Shown one piece after another: positions 7,865-17,687 of a stretch of 57,573 nt of DNA. The position numbers and the translations under genes are program-made. The notes under the pieces are model-generated. The model was not told the origin of the DNA, searched no databases, and worked only from the letters and a program-made list of their open reading frames with translations. The stretch covers positions 1 to 57,573 of the forward strand of contig JAPLHV010000180.1 of the NCBI GenBank assembly GCA_026389455.1, given 5' to 3'. How positions within the stretch are numbered: the first letter of the stretch is position 1; every line of letters starts with the position of its first letter. The stretch is from Coprothermobacterota bacterium. GTDB lineage: Bacteria > Caldisericota > JANLFM01.

Positions 7865-8631
7865 TGCCCTCTCTTCCTGGTTCTGACCATTCTCATCGTC
7901 GCCTTCTGCTGCTAGCGCCACCCGACCGAAAGAAACGCCTAGATGCCACTAAAGGCGCAACCAAGAATGCCTTCATCACCAAGCAAGATCTCCTCATCAC
8001 GCTCTTCATCACTCTAACTGCCATCTTCATGTTCATCATCGGCTATTTAGTTGGCGCGGCTACGTTTACGCAGCAGGTCAGCGCCGCTACCGAGACGGTT
8101 CTATCTGCATCCGCTCCTCAAGCAATTACCCCGGACCGCGACCAGTTCATCGTCTCAGCGCGAGTTGTGGGTTCCACGAGGGTAGAGTACGGAGACAAAG
8201 CAATCCCAGCTTTTGAGGGAGCGGTCATCACTTCGGACAGATTTCTAGAGGAGGGAACCATTATTTTCTGGGAAGAGATGGCTCGCCTTGGTGGATCACT
8301 TGGCATCGTCGTGGATCATAATGGCGAAGCCACGCTCAGCGAGAAGCCATCTCGAAACGGCTATGTTGGTGACGACTACACCCGATTCCGCTTTGACTAC
8401 TACAAAACCGAGTGGGGCGACAACCCCGAAACCCTGGTTTTCCTGAAGGAACACACTTGGCAAAATGGGATGCTTACCATCGCCCAAGTGGTACGATATG
8501 GATATGAAGGGGAATTAACGGAGTTCGGGCAAAGCCTGGTGGAGAAATGGCAAGACGAAATCAACGCTCTCGACTGCAACGCCGATGACTATTGGAACCA
8601 ACGCGAGGCGACTTCGGAAGGAGCTGGGTAA
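7864..8631 (+). CDS. Membrane-anchored protein, possibly a divergent 3D (MltA-like) domain
   Basis: TM helix, then AVITSDRFLEEGT...GIVVDHNG...RFDYY, spaced like the three Asp motifs of 3D domains (weak match). Confidence 0.45.
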   Translation: MPSLPGSDHSHRRLLLLAPPDRKKRLDATKGATKNAFITKQDLLITLFITLTAIFMFIIGYLVGAATFTQQVSAATETVLSASAPQAITPDRDQFIVSARVVGSTRVEYGDKAIPAFEGAVITSDRFLEEGTIIFWEEMARLGGSLGIVVDHNGEATLSEKPSRNGYVGDDYTRFRFDYYKTEWGDNPETLVFLKEHTWQNGMLTIAQVVRYGYEGELTEFGQSLVEKWQDEINALDCNADDYWNQREATSEGAG

Positions 8632-9553
8632 GAGATGGACTTTTTCGGGATCCTCTTTGTCTTTCTGTTCATCTTTATGCTGGGACTGGCTAAGTTGATA
8701 GCGTGGTATTTGACCAGGCGCTGAGTCTTGGTCCGAAAAAAGATGAATAAACCAGATCAAAGATGACTGTGCATAATACGCAATTGAATAAAACTGGTTC
8801 AGATATAAAAAGTGGGGTAGTACAGCAGCAATATTTTTAGAGATTAGTTAAGCTCCTGCAGTCCAGTCAATGAGTTATCTGTATCGGAGGCCTTACAATC
8901 AGTGCTTCTTCCTTAGCAGAGGTCTTTGAAAATCCCCCCTCCAGCCAAATCGCCGCAAAAAAGAAGAGAAAAAAAGACAAGGAGATTAGAGATATCCGGT
9001 CTGGATCTGGAAATGATGATGGTAGTGTTGAAGGAGCCAAGGAAAATGAAAACTAGCTTTTCTGAATTCAATAGGGAGAGCCAGGTGCTTCCGAAGCGCT
9101 CAATAAAGCTAGGAACGTGGGAATGACGAGAAATATGAATTCACTTCCCTCCCAACTCCGCTTATTCGTTGTATCATTCCATTATGGGATCCATGGTTTT
9201 CTTTCTTTATTAGGCTTGGTTTCATCACATCGCTCTGTTCGCCACGACGCAAAGACTCCCTGGAAGCCATGATCGGATTCGGAACGACTGATTTGATCTA
9301 AAGGGAGGGTTCAAAATGAACGCGTTGATGAAATGGTTCAGCATCATGCTTTGCCTGACATGGCATTGATGATATTAGTTCCCACCGTCATCTCAGCGCA
9401 ATCGCCGAGTAGGGCGGGGCGAACAATTGAAAGAAGGAGAGCCGGCGCAGATTATGACAGAACCTCCCATGGCGAATGGTTCCATTTCGCCTTTGCCAGT
9501 GACTGTAGAGCTTCACTATGTAGGGAAATATTTATTAAAGTAGCATTGCTCAC

Positions 9554-10693
9554 TTGAAAATGGGAAGTAATCGGTATCAGAATTTACCAGTGGCGGCGAC
9601 TCAGGAGGAGTGGCGAGCTTTGCTTCAATATCTGCGAGCTGGATTGTCAGAGACTACCCCGACCCTTGACTTCCTAGAACTATCAAAAACCATAGAGCAA
9701 GCAACAAACTTAGAGCAAACAATGGCCTTAGAGATAGCAAGTGCTCTTGAGGAAGCAAGGAGGCTAGAGGTTGCAAGGGCATTTGAAGAAGCACGAGCCT
9801 TTGAGGAAGAAAGGAACGTAGAAGAAGCAAAGTCCTTAAAGCAGGCAAGAAACCTAGAGCGAGCAAAGATCCAAGAGGACGCAAGGGAAATAGAAGAAGC
9901 AAAGGCCTTAGAACAATCAGTTACTACAGAAAAAACGAAGACCATTGAAGAAGCAAAAGCTTTAGAGCGCACAAAGGCCTTAGAGCGCACAAAGGCCTTA
10001 GAGTTGCAAAGAAGGACTGTAGAGTTAGAAAGTGCCCTAGCGCAAGCAAAAACCCTTGAGTTAGCAAAATCCTTAGAGCGAGCAAGAAACCTAGAGCGAG
10101 AAATGGCCGCAATAAAGCGCAGTCATAACGAGTCTGTAGACGAAATGGTCAAGGGTTTCAAGCAACAGATCCAAAGCGGGCAGAACGATCCAGAAACTAG
10201 ACGGCCAAAGTATTACGTGTCTCCCTCGGTTTTGCGCCGGAAGATGGCAGCCGACCAGCGTAGGAAAGCAGACTCCCAGCGCGATGAACCAGCTGCTGAG
10301 GTAAGAAAAACATCCAAAGTAGTTGAAGTTCTTTTTAAGATTATAGGAATTATTGCTTGTACTATTTTCGTCGGCTTTTTCTACAATCTGATTTTTGATC
10401 TTGCGGAATGGGGTTTTTTTGCTTACCTATTCTGGGGAGGGCTAATACTAGTCGTAATTTGTGTGGTGGTTGGAGCTATTTTTAGTTTTATAACGGGTCA
10501 TAGCAATCCTTTTGTAACAGATGGTACACCCTATGAAAAAAACGACATATCATATGAAAGCTACGATAATGGCAATGATATAAATAATATTGTTGACCAA
10601 AGACAAGATGATATTGATGATATGAATGATGATAATATAAATATGGAAACTTCCTATGATTATTACGACCCTGATGAAGATAAGAATCGTTAG
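9554..10693 (+). CDS. Low-GC coiled-coil/hexapeptide-repeat membrane protein with acidic tail
   Basis: (A)LEEAR/ALERTK-type repeats, two TM helices, D/N-rich C terminus. Confidence 0.7.
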   Translation: MKMGSNRYQNLPVAATQEEWRALLQYLRAGLSETTPTLDFLELSKTIEQATNLEQTMALEIASALEEARRLEVARAFEEARAFEEERNVEEAKSLKQARNLERAKIQEDAREIEEAKALEQSVTTEKTKTIEEAKALERTKALERTKALELQRRTVELESALAQAKTLELAKSLERARNLEREMAAIKRSHNESVDEMVKGFKQQIQSGQNDPETRRPKYYVSPSVLRRKMAADQRRKADSQRDEPAAEVRKTSKVVEVLFKIIGIIACTIFVGFFYNLIFDLAEWGFFAYLFWGGLILVVICVVVGAIFSFITGHSNPFVTDGTPYEKNDISYESYDNGNDINNIVDQRQDDIDDMNDDNINMETSYDYYDPDEDKNR

Positions 10694-11223
10694 TATTTAA
10701 AAATAGCAGTCATATCAGCCATATCTTCACAATTACTACCTAACTATATCCATATTTACCTTGTATTCATCAGCATTTGCCGACATTGTAAGCTGAATCT
10801 CCGCATTAATCCTTGTTATTTCTCATGCTATTCCTTCTAACCATGCCCCAGTCTGCATTCTAGCAATGTGTGTACTTATTTATAACTACTATTTAATTAG
10901 TATTAGATACTATTTGTCAGGGCTGTAGGACTGTTGCCTATCCACAATTAGCTGCAATTATCGCCCTAATTATTACTGAAATAGATGAGAAATCATGTAA
11001 ATGGATGGATAGAGGGGTAGATATTTAGATGGAAAACTGATTTCGCTGCTTCGTGTCTTCTTCCCCCTTTTGCCCATATCGCTCTCTTGGCTGCTGGAGA
11101 TGATCCAGCTCAACATAATTGGCGTTGCCCTGACGGGGCCGCTGTCTTTCTCTTTCATGCCGGCGCTCAGCCCAAAAATGAGCTGCTGCGCACATTCCGT
11201 TTGAAACCTACTGAGGAGGATAA

Positions 11224-11556
11224 ATGATGGTTAAGAGAAACATTGCCAGTTTGGAACAGATCAAATCAGCCTTGCCCGAATCCTTGCGCGAGTTGTGCGG
11301 CAAGAAATTGTCTGCGGCGTACTCGCTTGAATTGGAATGCTTGGAAGAGTACAGCGCAAGCTTGAAGGAAGGCCAGATCTACCTGGGTATGCCTGAATCA
11401 AGCGGCTCTCAGTGGACTTGTTTCTTTGAGGTTGTTGACCGCTCTCTACCCCGAACCGATTCCTTCAACTGGCATCTGCAAAACACGAGCCAGTGGCGTT
11501 ACGCCGGTTGCATCGCCATCGACAAGCGGTCCGGCGATGTATCCAGGCATCACTAG
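11224..11556 (+). CDS. Hypothetical protein
   Basis: Strong RBS GAGGAGG; first gene of a new operon. Confidence 0.65.
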   Translation: MMVKRNIASLEQIKSALPESLRELCGKKLSAAYSLELECLEEYSASLKEGQIYLGMPESSGSQWTCFFEVVDRSLPRTDSFNWHLQNTSQWRYAGCIAIDKRSGDVSRHH

Positions 11557-11568
11557 GGAGAGAGCCAA

Positions 11569-11772
11569 ATGAAAATTGCCAAGTGGTACAACACGCGCTT
11601 CTGGGCTGTCTACGATTCCAAGTACAAGCTGATTTGCCTCTGCGTCTACAAGTGTGGGGCCCTTGCCTTGGTTAAAAGGCTTAGCAAGAAACCAGCCCTT
11701 GTCGTGAGCCAAAGTATGATCCATGAAAAGTCGCCAAAAATTCCCTTCGTGGCCTGGAAAGCGAAATGCTAA
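11569..11772 (+). CDS. Small hypothetical protein
   Basis: RBS GGGAG; overlaps the ATPase start. Confidence 0.6.
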   Translation: MKIAKWYNTRFWAVYDSKYKLICLCVYKCGALALVKRLSKKPALVVSQSMIHEKSPKIPFVAWKAKC

Positions 11773-12791
11773 TCAATGAGACCAAGCGTCTTCTGAAGCA
11801 CAAGATGCTCTCCAGCCATCCAACCTCCCTCATGATTTGGGGACCGCCGGGCGTGGGAAAGTCTCAGGCTGTTAAGGAAGTGGCTGAAGAACTAGGATGG
11901 AACCTGATTGACCTCCGTCTTCTGCTGTTGAACCCGGTTGATTTGCGCGGCATCCCGGTCCCAAACCGCGAGCTGGGAGTTGCTGAGTGGTTTCCCGCCT
12001 CATTTTTACCGAATACAGACCGGCACGGCGCGAAAGGAATCCTCTTCATCGACGAGATAAACGCCGCTCCAAGCTCGCTGCAGGCATCATCTTACCAGCT
12101 CGTTCTGGATCGGCGCTGTGGCGAATACGTACTGCCGGATGGCTGGCGCATCATCGCCGCCGGGAACAACGCCACAGACAAATCCATCGTCAGTAGGATG
12201 CCCTCGGCTTTGGCCAACCGGATGACCCACCTGGAGGTTGATTGCGATCTGACTGATTGGAAATCATGGGCGCTCACTCACGACGTAGACCCCATGGTGG
12301 TCTCCTTCCTGAACTATAGGCAGGAGCTGCTCTTCAAGATGCCGGACGGAATTGACCAGATCAAGGGATTCCCGTCCCCGCGCACCTGGGAGTTCGTCTC
12401 CAATGACATCAAGGATTACCACGGCGACATCGAGGCAGCCTATCCGTTTATCGTAGGCAACATCGGCAGCGGCCCTGCCACCGAATTCCTGGCTTATTCT
12501 CGCGTCTATGGCAAGCTTCCAGATATCGAGCGAATCCTTGATAGGGGAGAGGGCGAAACCGTAACTGGCATCGATTTGCTGTATGCTGTCTGCGGCGCTC
12601 TTGTAAGCTCCCTGGTGCGGAAGCAAGACAAGAAACGCTTTGCCAATTTCCTTGGATATATCTCCAGGATCCCCCGCGAATTTCAAGTGCTGGCCGTAAA
12701 AGATTGCTTCAGCGCCAAGCTTGAGACCCTGCTCGTGTCTATTCCGGCTTTCTCGAAATGGGCAGAAGCCAATTCCGATGTCATTCTGTAG
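11766..12791 (+). CDS. MoxR-related AAA+ ATPase (phage type, DUF2201 partner)
   Basis: Walker A GPPGVGKS, Walker B ILFIDE, AAGN, ALANR and FPSPRTW motifs. Confidence 0.9.
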   Translation: MLINETKRLLKHKMLSSHPTSLMIWGPPGVGKSQAVKEVAEELGWNLIDLRLLLLNPVDLRGIPVPNRELGVAEWFPASFLPNTDRHGAKGILFIDEINAAPSSLQASSYQLVLDRRCGEYVLPDGWRIIAAGNNATDKSIVSRMPSALANRMTHLEVDCDLTDWKSWALTHDVDPMVVSFLNYRQELLFKMPDGIDQIKGFPSPRTWEFVSNDIKDYHGDIEAAYPFIVGNIGSGPATEFLAYSRVYGKLPDIERILDRGEGETVTGIDLLYAVCGALVSSLVRKQDKKRFANFLGYISRIPREFQVLAVKDCFSAKLETLLVSIPAFSKWAEANSDVIL

Positions 12792-12822
12792 GGATCTAGG
12801 CCGCAGAGAAGACATCCTCCTT

Positions 12823-12999
12823 ATGAAAACGCTGGTCATCACCCAATGCTCAATAAAAAACCATCCACCAGGGGAAAAGGTCATCATCGATCTCATCATC
12901 GAGACCGACACTGAAACCTCTTCCCTGGTGGAGCCATATCTTTTCCGCAATCAACTCGACGCAGCCGTAGCCATCGCCAAAATGAGAGAAGGTTCTTAA
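12823..12999 (+). CDS. Small hypothetical protein
   Basis: ATG 12823 within the 12721-12999 frame, filling the operon gap. Confidence 0.4.
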   Translation: MKTLVITQCSIKNHPPGEKVIIDLIIETDTETSSLVEPYLFRNQLDAAVAIAKMREGS

Positions 13000-13009
13000 G
13001 GTTGATTAG

Positions 13010-13474
13010 ATGACGAGAATTGAGCGCCTTGGAAGATTGCTAGAACTGGTGATACCGGGCGGCAAAGAGCCAGCGCCAGGAGGATTGGCGCATCCATGCG
13101 AACCGTGCGATCAGAGAACGCCAAGCGGCTACACATGCCCCAGACGTTATTCCGATTTGGGTGGGTGCAGCGACTACAAGGAATACAGTGGCAAAATTGA
13201 TGAAATAGATAAACAGTGGAAATATGTTCACTATGAATACATGCGATCAGCTGTGCAACGATTTCACATTCGGCATCACCTAAAACAAATGCGATCCATT
13301 TACATCCCCTACAATGAAGAGGTAGAGACAATTCTTACCTTATTCAGGCGCTACAACAGATGGAGAAAACTAACCGATCCCATCGTTCCCATGCTCTATA
13401 AGGGGTCAGGCGCTACCTGGAACGCAATTAAGGTAGCATTAGCTATGTCCGGAATAGGCAGGAACAAGATGTAA
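13010..13474 (+). CDS. Hypothetical Cys-containing protein, paralog A
   Basis: MTRIERLGRLLELVIPG...TDPIVPML, shared with the next gene. Confidence 0.7.
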   Translation: MTRIERLGRLLELVIPGGKEPAPGGLAHPCEPCDQRTPSGYTCPRRYSDLGGCSDYKEYSGKIDEIDKQWKYVHYEYMRSAVQRFHIRHHLKQMRSIYIPYNEEVETILTLFRRYNRWRKLTDPIVPMLYKGSGATWNAIKVALAMSGIGRNKM

Positions 13475-13959
13475 TGACTAGGATCAGGCGCTTTGGCAGG
13501 CTGTTGGAGCTGGTGATTCCTGGAAAGGAAGAGCCTTTGCCGGAATCACCCCAAAAACCGTGCCTCAGTTGTGCCAAAGAAAGCGCCTGTTATCAGCCGG
13601 GAACACAGAACGCCGCAACATTCTATGAATGCGGAAAATATCAGGAATACCATTCATCGTATCTGGGATTATTCGACAGCTATTATCATCTAGATGAAAA
13701 CTGGATGATACTGGCTATCCGCCGTTTCCATGTTTTGCATTATCGATCTCCAGACTATCCAGGCATCTACATTCCTAAGAATCCAGACACATCTATCATC
13801 ATCAATCTCTTCCGAATTGATTCTCAAGATAAAGATAGATGGAAAGTGCAGACTGACCCCATCGTCCCCATGCTCGATAAGGGGTCATGCGCCAGCTGGA
13901 GCGCCATTAAGGTAACTCTGCGTCTCTTAGAGAGTGTAAAAATAGATCTAGGCGTTTAG
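13474..13959 (+). CDS. Hypothetical Cys-containing protein, paralog B
   Basis: MTRIRRFGRLLELVIPG...TDPIVPML; TAATG coupling to paralog A. Confidence 0.7.
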   Translation: MTRIRRFGRLLELVIPGKEEPLPESPQKPCLSCAKESACYQPGTQNAATFYECGKYQEYHSSYLGLFDSYYHLDENWMILAIRRFHVLHYRSPDYPGIYIPKNPDTSIIINLFRIDSQDKDRWKVQTDPIVPMLDKGSCASWSAIKVTLRLLESVKIDLGV

Positions 13960-14123
13960 GAGGGAAGCTTCTGAGCCTGTCGCATCAATCCCGTTCCCTC
14001 GGTCCCGATCGTTCCAAGGTATTCCCTCTTCAATCTACTTCTCGCCTCTCCCGGATTCCCCCCTGATTAACAAAGGCAGTTTGGGTCAACCCCTCGCCTT
14101 ATTGAAATGAAAAAAGGATATAG

Positions 14124-15350
14124 ATGAACAAAGATATAGAAACAGCAATCACGCGAGCCAGGATCCACCTGGTCATGAACAATCCTTTCTATGGCACGCT
14201 TGCCTTGTATCTGAACCTCCGAGAAGGCAGTGTGCCAACTATGGGCACCGATGGCAAGAACCTCTTCTATGATCCAACTTTCGTCGCCTCTATCTATCGA
14301 AACGGCCAGGGATTGAATGAATTAATCGGCGCTGTCGCCCATGAGATTCTCCACAATGCGCTTTTGCACCTCTGGCGGGGACAGGCGCGCCACCCAACAA
14401 TCTGGAATATGGCGGCCGACTTTGCTAATAACGCCATTCTCCTTGAGTCCGGCTTCAAGCTACCGCAGGGACATCTCTATGAGAAAGACTACGACGGGAT
14501 GACTGCGGAAGAGATCTATACCAAAATCATTCAGAACCTCCAATCCAACCAATTGTCCGCTCAAGGGAATAGCGAGGAAAGCAGCAACCAAAGCGATGGC
14601 GATCCGAGCGATAACGATCACCAAAACCAAGATGGTCAGACCAATAAGAGCCAAGACGCCCGCGAACAAACCTGGGGAGAGCACAGCCCCTGGAAAGATG
14701 CAGGGAAAAGAGAGACCGATAAATTAAGCAATGAGTGGCGAGATCGCGTGGTTCAAGCTGCAGAGTCAGCCAAGAAGCGCGGCAAATGCCCAGGAGCCAT
14801 CGAGAGATTAATCAGCAACCTGCTTTACCCCAAGCTTGACTGGCGCAAAGCGCTGGCCAGCTTCATTCGTCCAAGCAAGTGCGACTTTACTTGGAGCCCG
14901 CCAGACAGGCGCTACCTGAACGACCTCTATGATTACCTCGTATTGCCGGACTTCAATGATGAGAGCGTAGAAAATATCGTCATAGCCGTGGACACCTCAG
15001 GCTCCATCGCTCAAGAGGAACTTGATCAATTCATGTCTGAAGTCAACGCCATAATGAGCAGTTATAGCCAATTCCGGGGCCATCTCGTGTTTTGTGATGC
15101 AGACATTCAATCGTGGACAGAGATAGAAAGAGACACTGTCCTGCCGATCCCCAAAGGCGGCGGCGGAACTGACTTCCGTTCTGTCTTTCTCGAGGTTGAA
15201 AAACGAGGATTGGAACCCAGCGCGCTGGTGTTCATTTCGGACGGCTACGGCGATTATCCAGACAAACCGCCCAGCTATCCAGTGCTTTGGGTGCTGACCA
15301 CCAAGAATTGCGCAGTGCCTTGGGGAGCGAGCGTAGAGATCACCATCTGA
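14124..15350 (+). CDS. DUF2201-type metallopeptidase-like + vWA domain protein
   Basis: TMGTDG, HEILH, WNMAAD; vWA MIDAS VDTSGS, GGGTDF and SDG motifs. Confidence 0.9.
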   Translation: MNKDIETAITRARIHLVMNNPFYGTLALYLNLREGSVPTMGTDGKNLFYDPTFVASIYRNGQGLNELIGAVAHEILHNALLHLWRGQARHPTIWNMAADFANNAILLESGFKLPQGHLYEKDYDGMTAEEIYTKIIQNLQSNQLSAQGNSEESSNQSDGDPSDNDHQNQDGQTNKSQDAREQTWGEHSPWKDAGKRETDKLSNEWRDRVVQAAESAKKRGKCPGAIERLISNLLYPKLDWRKALASFIRPSKCDFTWSPPDRRYLNDLYDYLVLPDFNDESVENIVIAVDTSGSIAQEELDQFMSEVNAIMSSYSQFRGHLVFCDADIQSWTEIERDTVLPIPKGGGGTDFRSVFLEVEKRGLEPSALVFISDGYGDYPDKPPSYPVLWVLTTKNCAVPWGASVEITI

Positions 15351-15510
15351 AGGCGTCACCTCCGCATTGCAGCAGTCAATTCCCCGAGCATTGTCTGATT
15401 TAAACAAAAGAACATCGTCAAGCCTGCCCGCATAAGGCTGCGGCTCGCTTCCTTTCAATTCCTTATTGCGGAAGCCTAAATGGATTTGTCGGTAAAAATA
15501 GGAGGAAAAA

Positions 15511-15951
15511 ATGGTTGTCGAAGTTTGCCTGGAAACAAAAGATGCAATCTTTGATCTGATTTTCCGGTGCGCTACCAAGCACAGGGCTCTTAAGGAGAAA
15601 CTCACGTCCCTTCAACCGCCGGTGAAGCCGCCGAGGCCTCTTGCCATCTCCAACCAATTTGAGCTCAACAATTATCTCAACGCCCTTGCCGACTACTACA
15701 GCGACAATGAAACATTCTTCATAAAAAATAGACAAATAACACTTGAAGTCGCCAAATTAGAAATACTGCTCATCCAAACAATTCCTGTAACAGATGTCTG
15801 GCTGTGGTTTGATACTTTTTCGGTCGTTCGGCACAGCGTCGAGAATGACTTCCATGGACCGATTATCGAATATGCAGGCAGTTCAACCTCCAAGCAAGCA
15901 TTTATCCACAGCGCCCCAACAGAACAACTTCGCCAACTTTCAGAATTCTAG
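15511..15951 (+). CDS. Hypothetical protein
   Basis: RBS AGGAGG, 146 aa. Confidence 0.65.
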   Translation: MVVEVCLETKDAIFDLIFRCATKHRALKEKLTSLQPPVKPPRPLAISNQFELNNYLNALADYYSDNETFFIKNRQITLEVAKLEILLIQTIPVTDVWLWFDTFSVVRHSVENDFHGPIIEYAGSSTSKQAFIHSAPTEQLRQLSEF

Positions 15952-15967
15952 ACAAAAAGGCAAACAA

Positions 15968-16342
15968 GTGAGAAAAACCGACATCGCTCTGGTTCTGCTG
16001 AAGAGAATCGTTCTTGCTAGACCAGATCAGAATTATTACACGTGTGGTCCAAGCTACATTCGCAGAGGACAACTGCGCACCAGCAGTAAATACAATCTCC
16101 TCTATCTCTCCGATCCCAGTTCAATGGCTGCCGCGAGAATGCACGACCTTGATTGCTCCTACCTGCGCTCTCGCTCAGGACCTAGAAAGATAAAAGCCAT
16201 CGCCTTGGTAAAGACTGAAGATTCTTTGGCAGCCTGCGTCATCCTGACCAATCCTAAGATTTATCGCCGCTGCAAGCGCTTCTTCGATGCGAACCAAGTA
16301 GAGGTCGCCCTCGTCACAGCGAAGCTATGCATGAATCGGTGA
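15968..16342 (+). CDS. Hypothetical basic protein
   Basis: GTG 15968 after AAAGG within the 15794-16342 frame. Confidence 0.55.
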   Translation: MRKTDIALVLLKRIVLARPDQNYYTCGPSYIRRGQLRTSSKYNLLYLSDPSSMAAARMHDLDCSYLRSRSGPRKIKAIALVKTEDSLAACVILTNPKIYRRCKRFFDANQVEVALVTAKLCMNR

Positions 16343-16436
16343 AAGAAGTTATTCCGTCCAATGCTGAATCAGCTTTCAGACTATCCCATTCAAAAGACAT
16401 ATCTTTCAACAAAAAGACAATATTGGAAAGGACTCA

Positions 16437-16769
16437 ATGTCAGAACTGATCAAAGGTGCCGAAATTCAACCGTTGTTGCCAGACGCCTGGATAAAAACTG
16501 CCAGAAGCTCTGGGTGCAATGAGTACGATGAATTGGTGAGGGATATCTTTGACTGGAAGGGTGGCTCAATCCTCTCTGTGCTAGCAGACGCACTTCACTG
16601 GGCAGATGAATTGAAACATCAACGTGACAGTCGCTGCGTTATCGAAACTATCGGCAAGACCCTGCTTGATGGACAGATTTCACCGCACGATGTCGCGACC
16701 CTTCTTTTTCTCAGCACCGCCAATGCCTTCCGTAAGAAACTATCTGCTCAGATTATCGGCCAAGCTTAG
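16437..16769 (+). CDS. Hypothetical protein
   Basis: RBS AAAGGA, 110 aa. Confidence 0.6.
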   Translation: MSELIKGAEIQPLLPDAWIKTARSSGCNEYDELVRDIFDWKGGSILSVLADALHWADELKHQRDSRCVIETIGKTLLDGQISPHDVATLLFLSTANAFRKKLSAQIIGQA

Positions 16770-16797
16770 CCTGTAGAGAGAACGCGAGGATAAGAAG

Positions 16798-16826
16798 AGG
16801 AACTCCTCTTGAGGAGTTCCTTTTTT
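16798..16826 (+). terminator. Intrinsic terminator
   Basis: AGGAACTCCTC-TT-GAGGAGTTCCT followed by a T run. Confidence 0.7.
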
Positions 16827-16832
16827 ATTCCG

Positions 16833-17474
16833 ATGTTCAAATTGGAATGGGCGGCCGACCGCATCTTCGTTTGCCGTGAAGACACCTTGCTCGGAAGTTT
16901 TGCCATTGGGAATCTCAAGCTGCACCGAATTATGACCTTTAGCTTACCCACCATTGAGACCTGTCCTGGAGCGCTGGAATGCGTTGACTATTGTTACGCA
17001 GGAAGGCCGGAGATCCGCTTTCTAAGGACCAAGATCTCTCGACATCGCAATTTAGCCATGACGAAAATGCCGGAGTTCCCAGAAATCCTGGACAATGTCA
17101 TCTCTATCGCGAAAAAACACGGAGTAACCATCGTTCGCCCCCATGAAGCCGGAGATTTCTATGATATCCAGTACGTCACCGCTTGGTTGAATGTAATGGC
17201 TGCGCATCCAGACGTAGCTTTTTACACCTACACCCGCTCGGCCCACTTTGATCTCAGCCATTTGCCGAGAAACTTCAACCTCCTCTACTCGTTGGGCGGA
17301 AAGTACGATCATCTGATCCCTGAAAGCGCCAGAAGATGCATCGTCTACAAAGAAAATCCGCCAAAGGGGTACGACCTCTGTCCGTGCAGCCCTGGCCAGA
17401 ACAAAGACATCTGTGGCAGCGGATGCTTCCTATGCCCCAGCGGTACATCAAACGTGGCCATCAAGAGACACTAG
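16833..17474 (+). CDS. GP88-family (radical-SAM-like fold) phage protein
   Basis: GNLKL...FSLP..ETCPG...C..YCYA, VRPHEAGDFY, FYTYTRS and Cys-rich C terminus; start uncertain. Confidence 0.8.
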   Translation: MFKLEWAADRIFVCREDTLLGSFAIGNLKLHRIMTFSLPTIETCPGALECVDYCYAGRPEIRFLRTKISRHRNLAMTKMPEFPEILDNVISIAKKHGVTIVRPHEAGDFYDIQYVTAWLNVMAAHPDVAFYTYTRSAHFDLSHLPRNFNLLYSLGGKYDHLIPESARRCIVYKENPPKGYDLCPCSPGQNKDICGSGCFLCPSGTSNVAIKRH

Positions 17475-17687
17475 GCAGCAAACTATCGAAAACGAAAAAA
17501 ACTTGATCATCTTGAAAGAGAAGGCAACAGTTTTTTAGAAACATTAGCAAAAGGGGGTCACGTAATCGGCATCTGATTTATTCTGGAGAGGTTATTTCTA
17601 TTTCTCTTTCTTCTGAAAAGATTGATTCTATCTGTCGGGTATCCGACAATAACTTCATGAAATATGTTTTCCAAGGGAGAGGAAAAG

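Noticed and set aside
8766-11135. dif-like sites (ACTGTGCATAA... at 8766; ...TTATGTTGAGC on the minus strand at 11108-11135) flanking the AT-rich insert
   Set aside because: Each site matches only one Xer arm; too weak to call without the host dif consensus.
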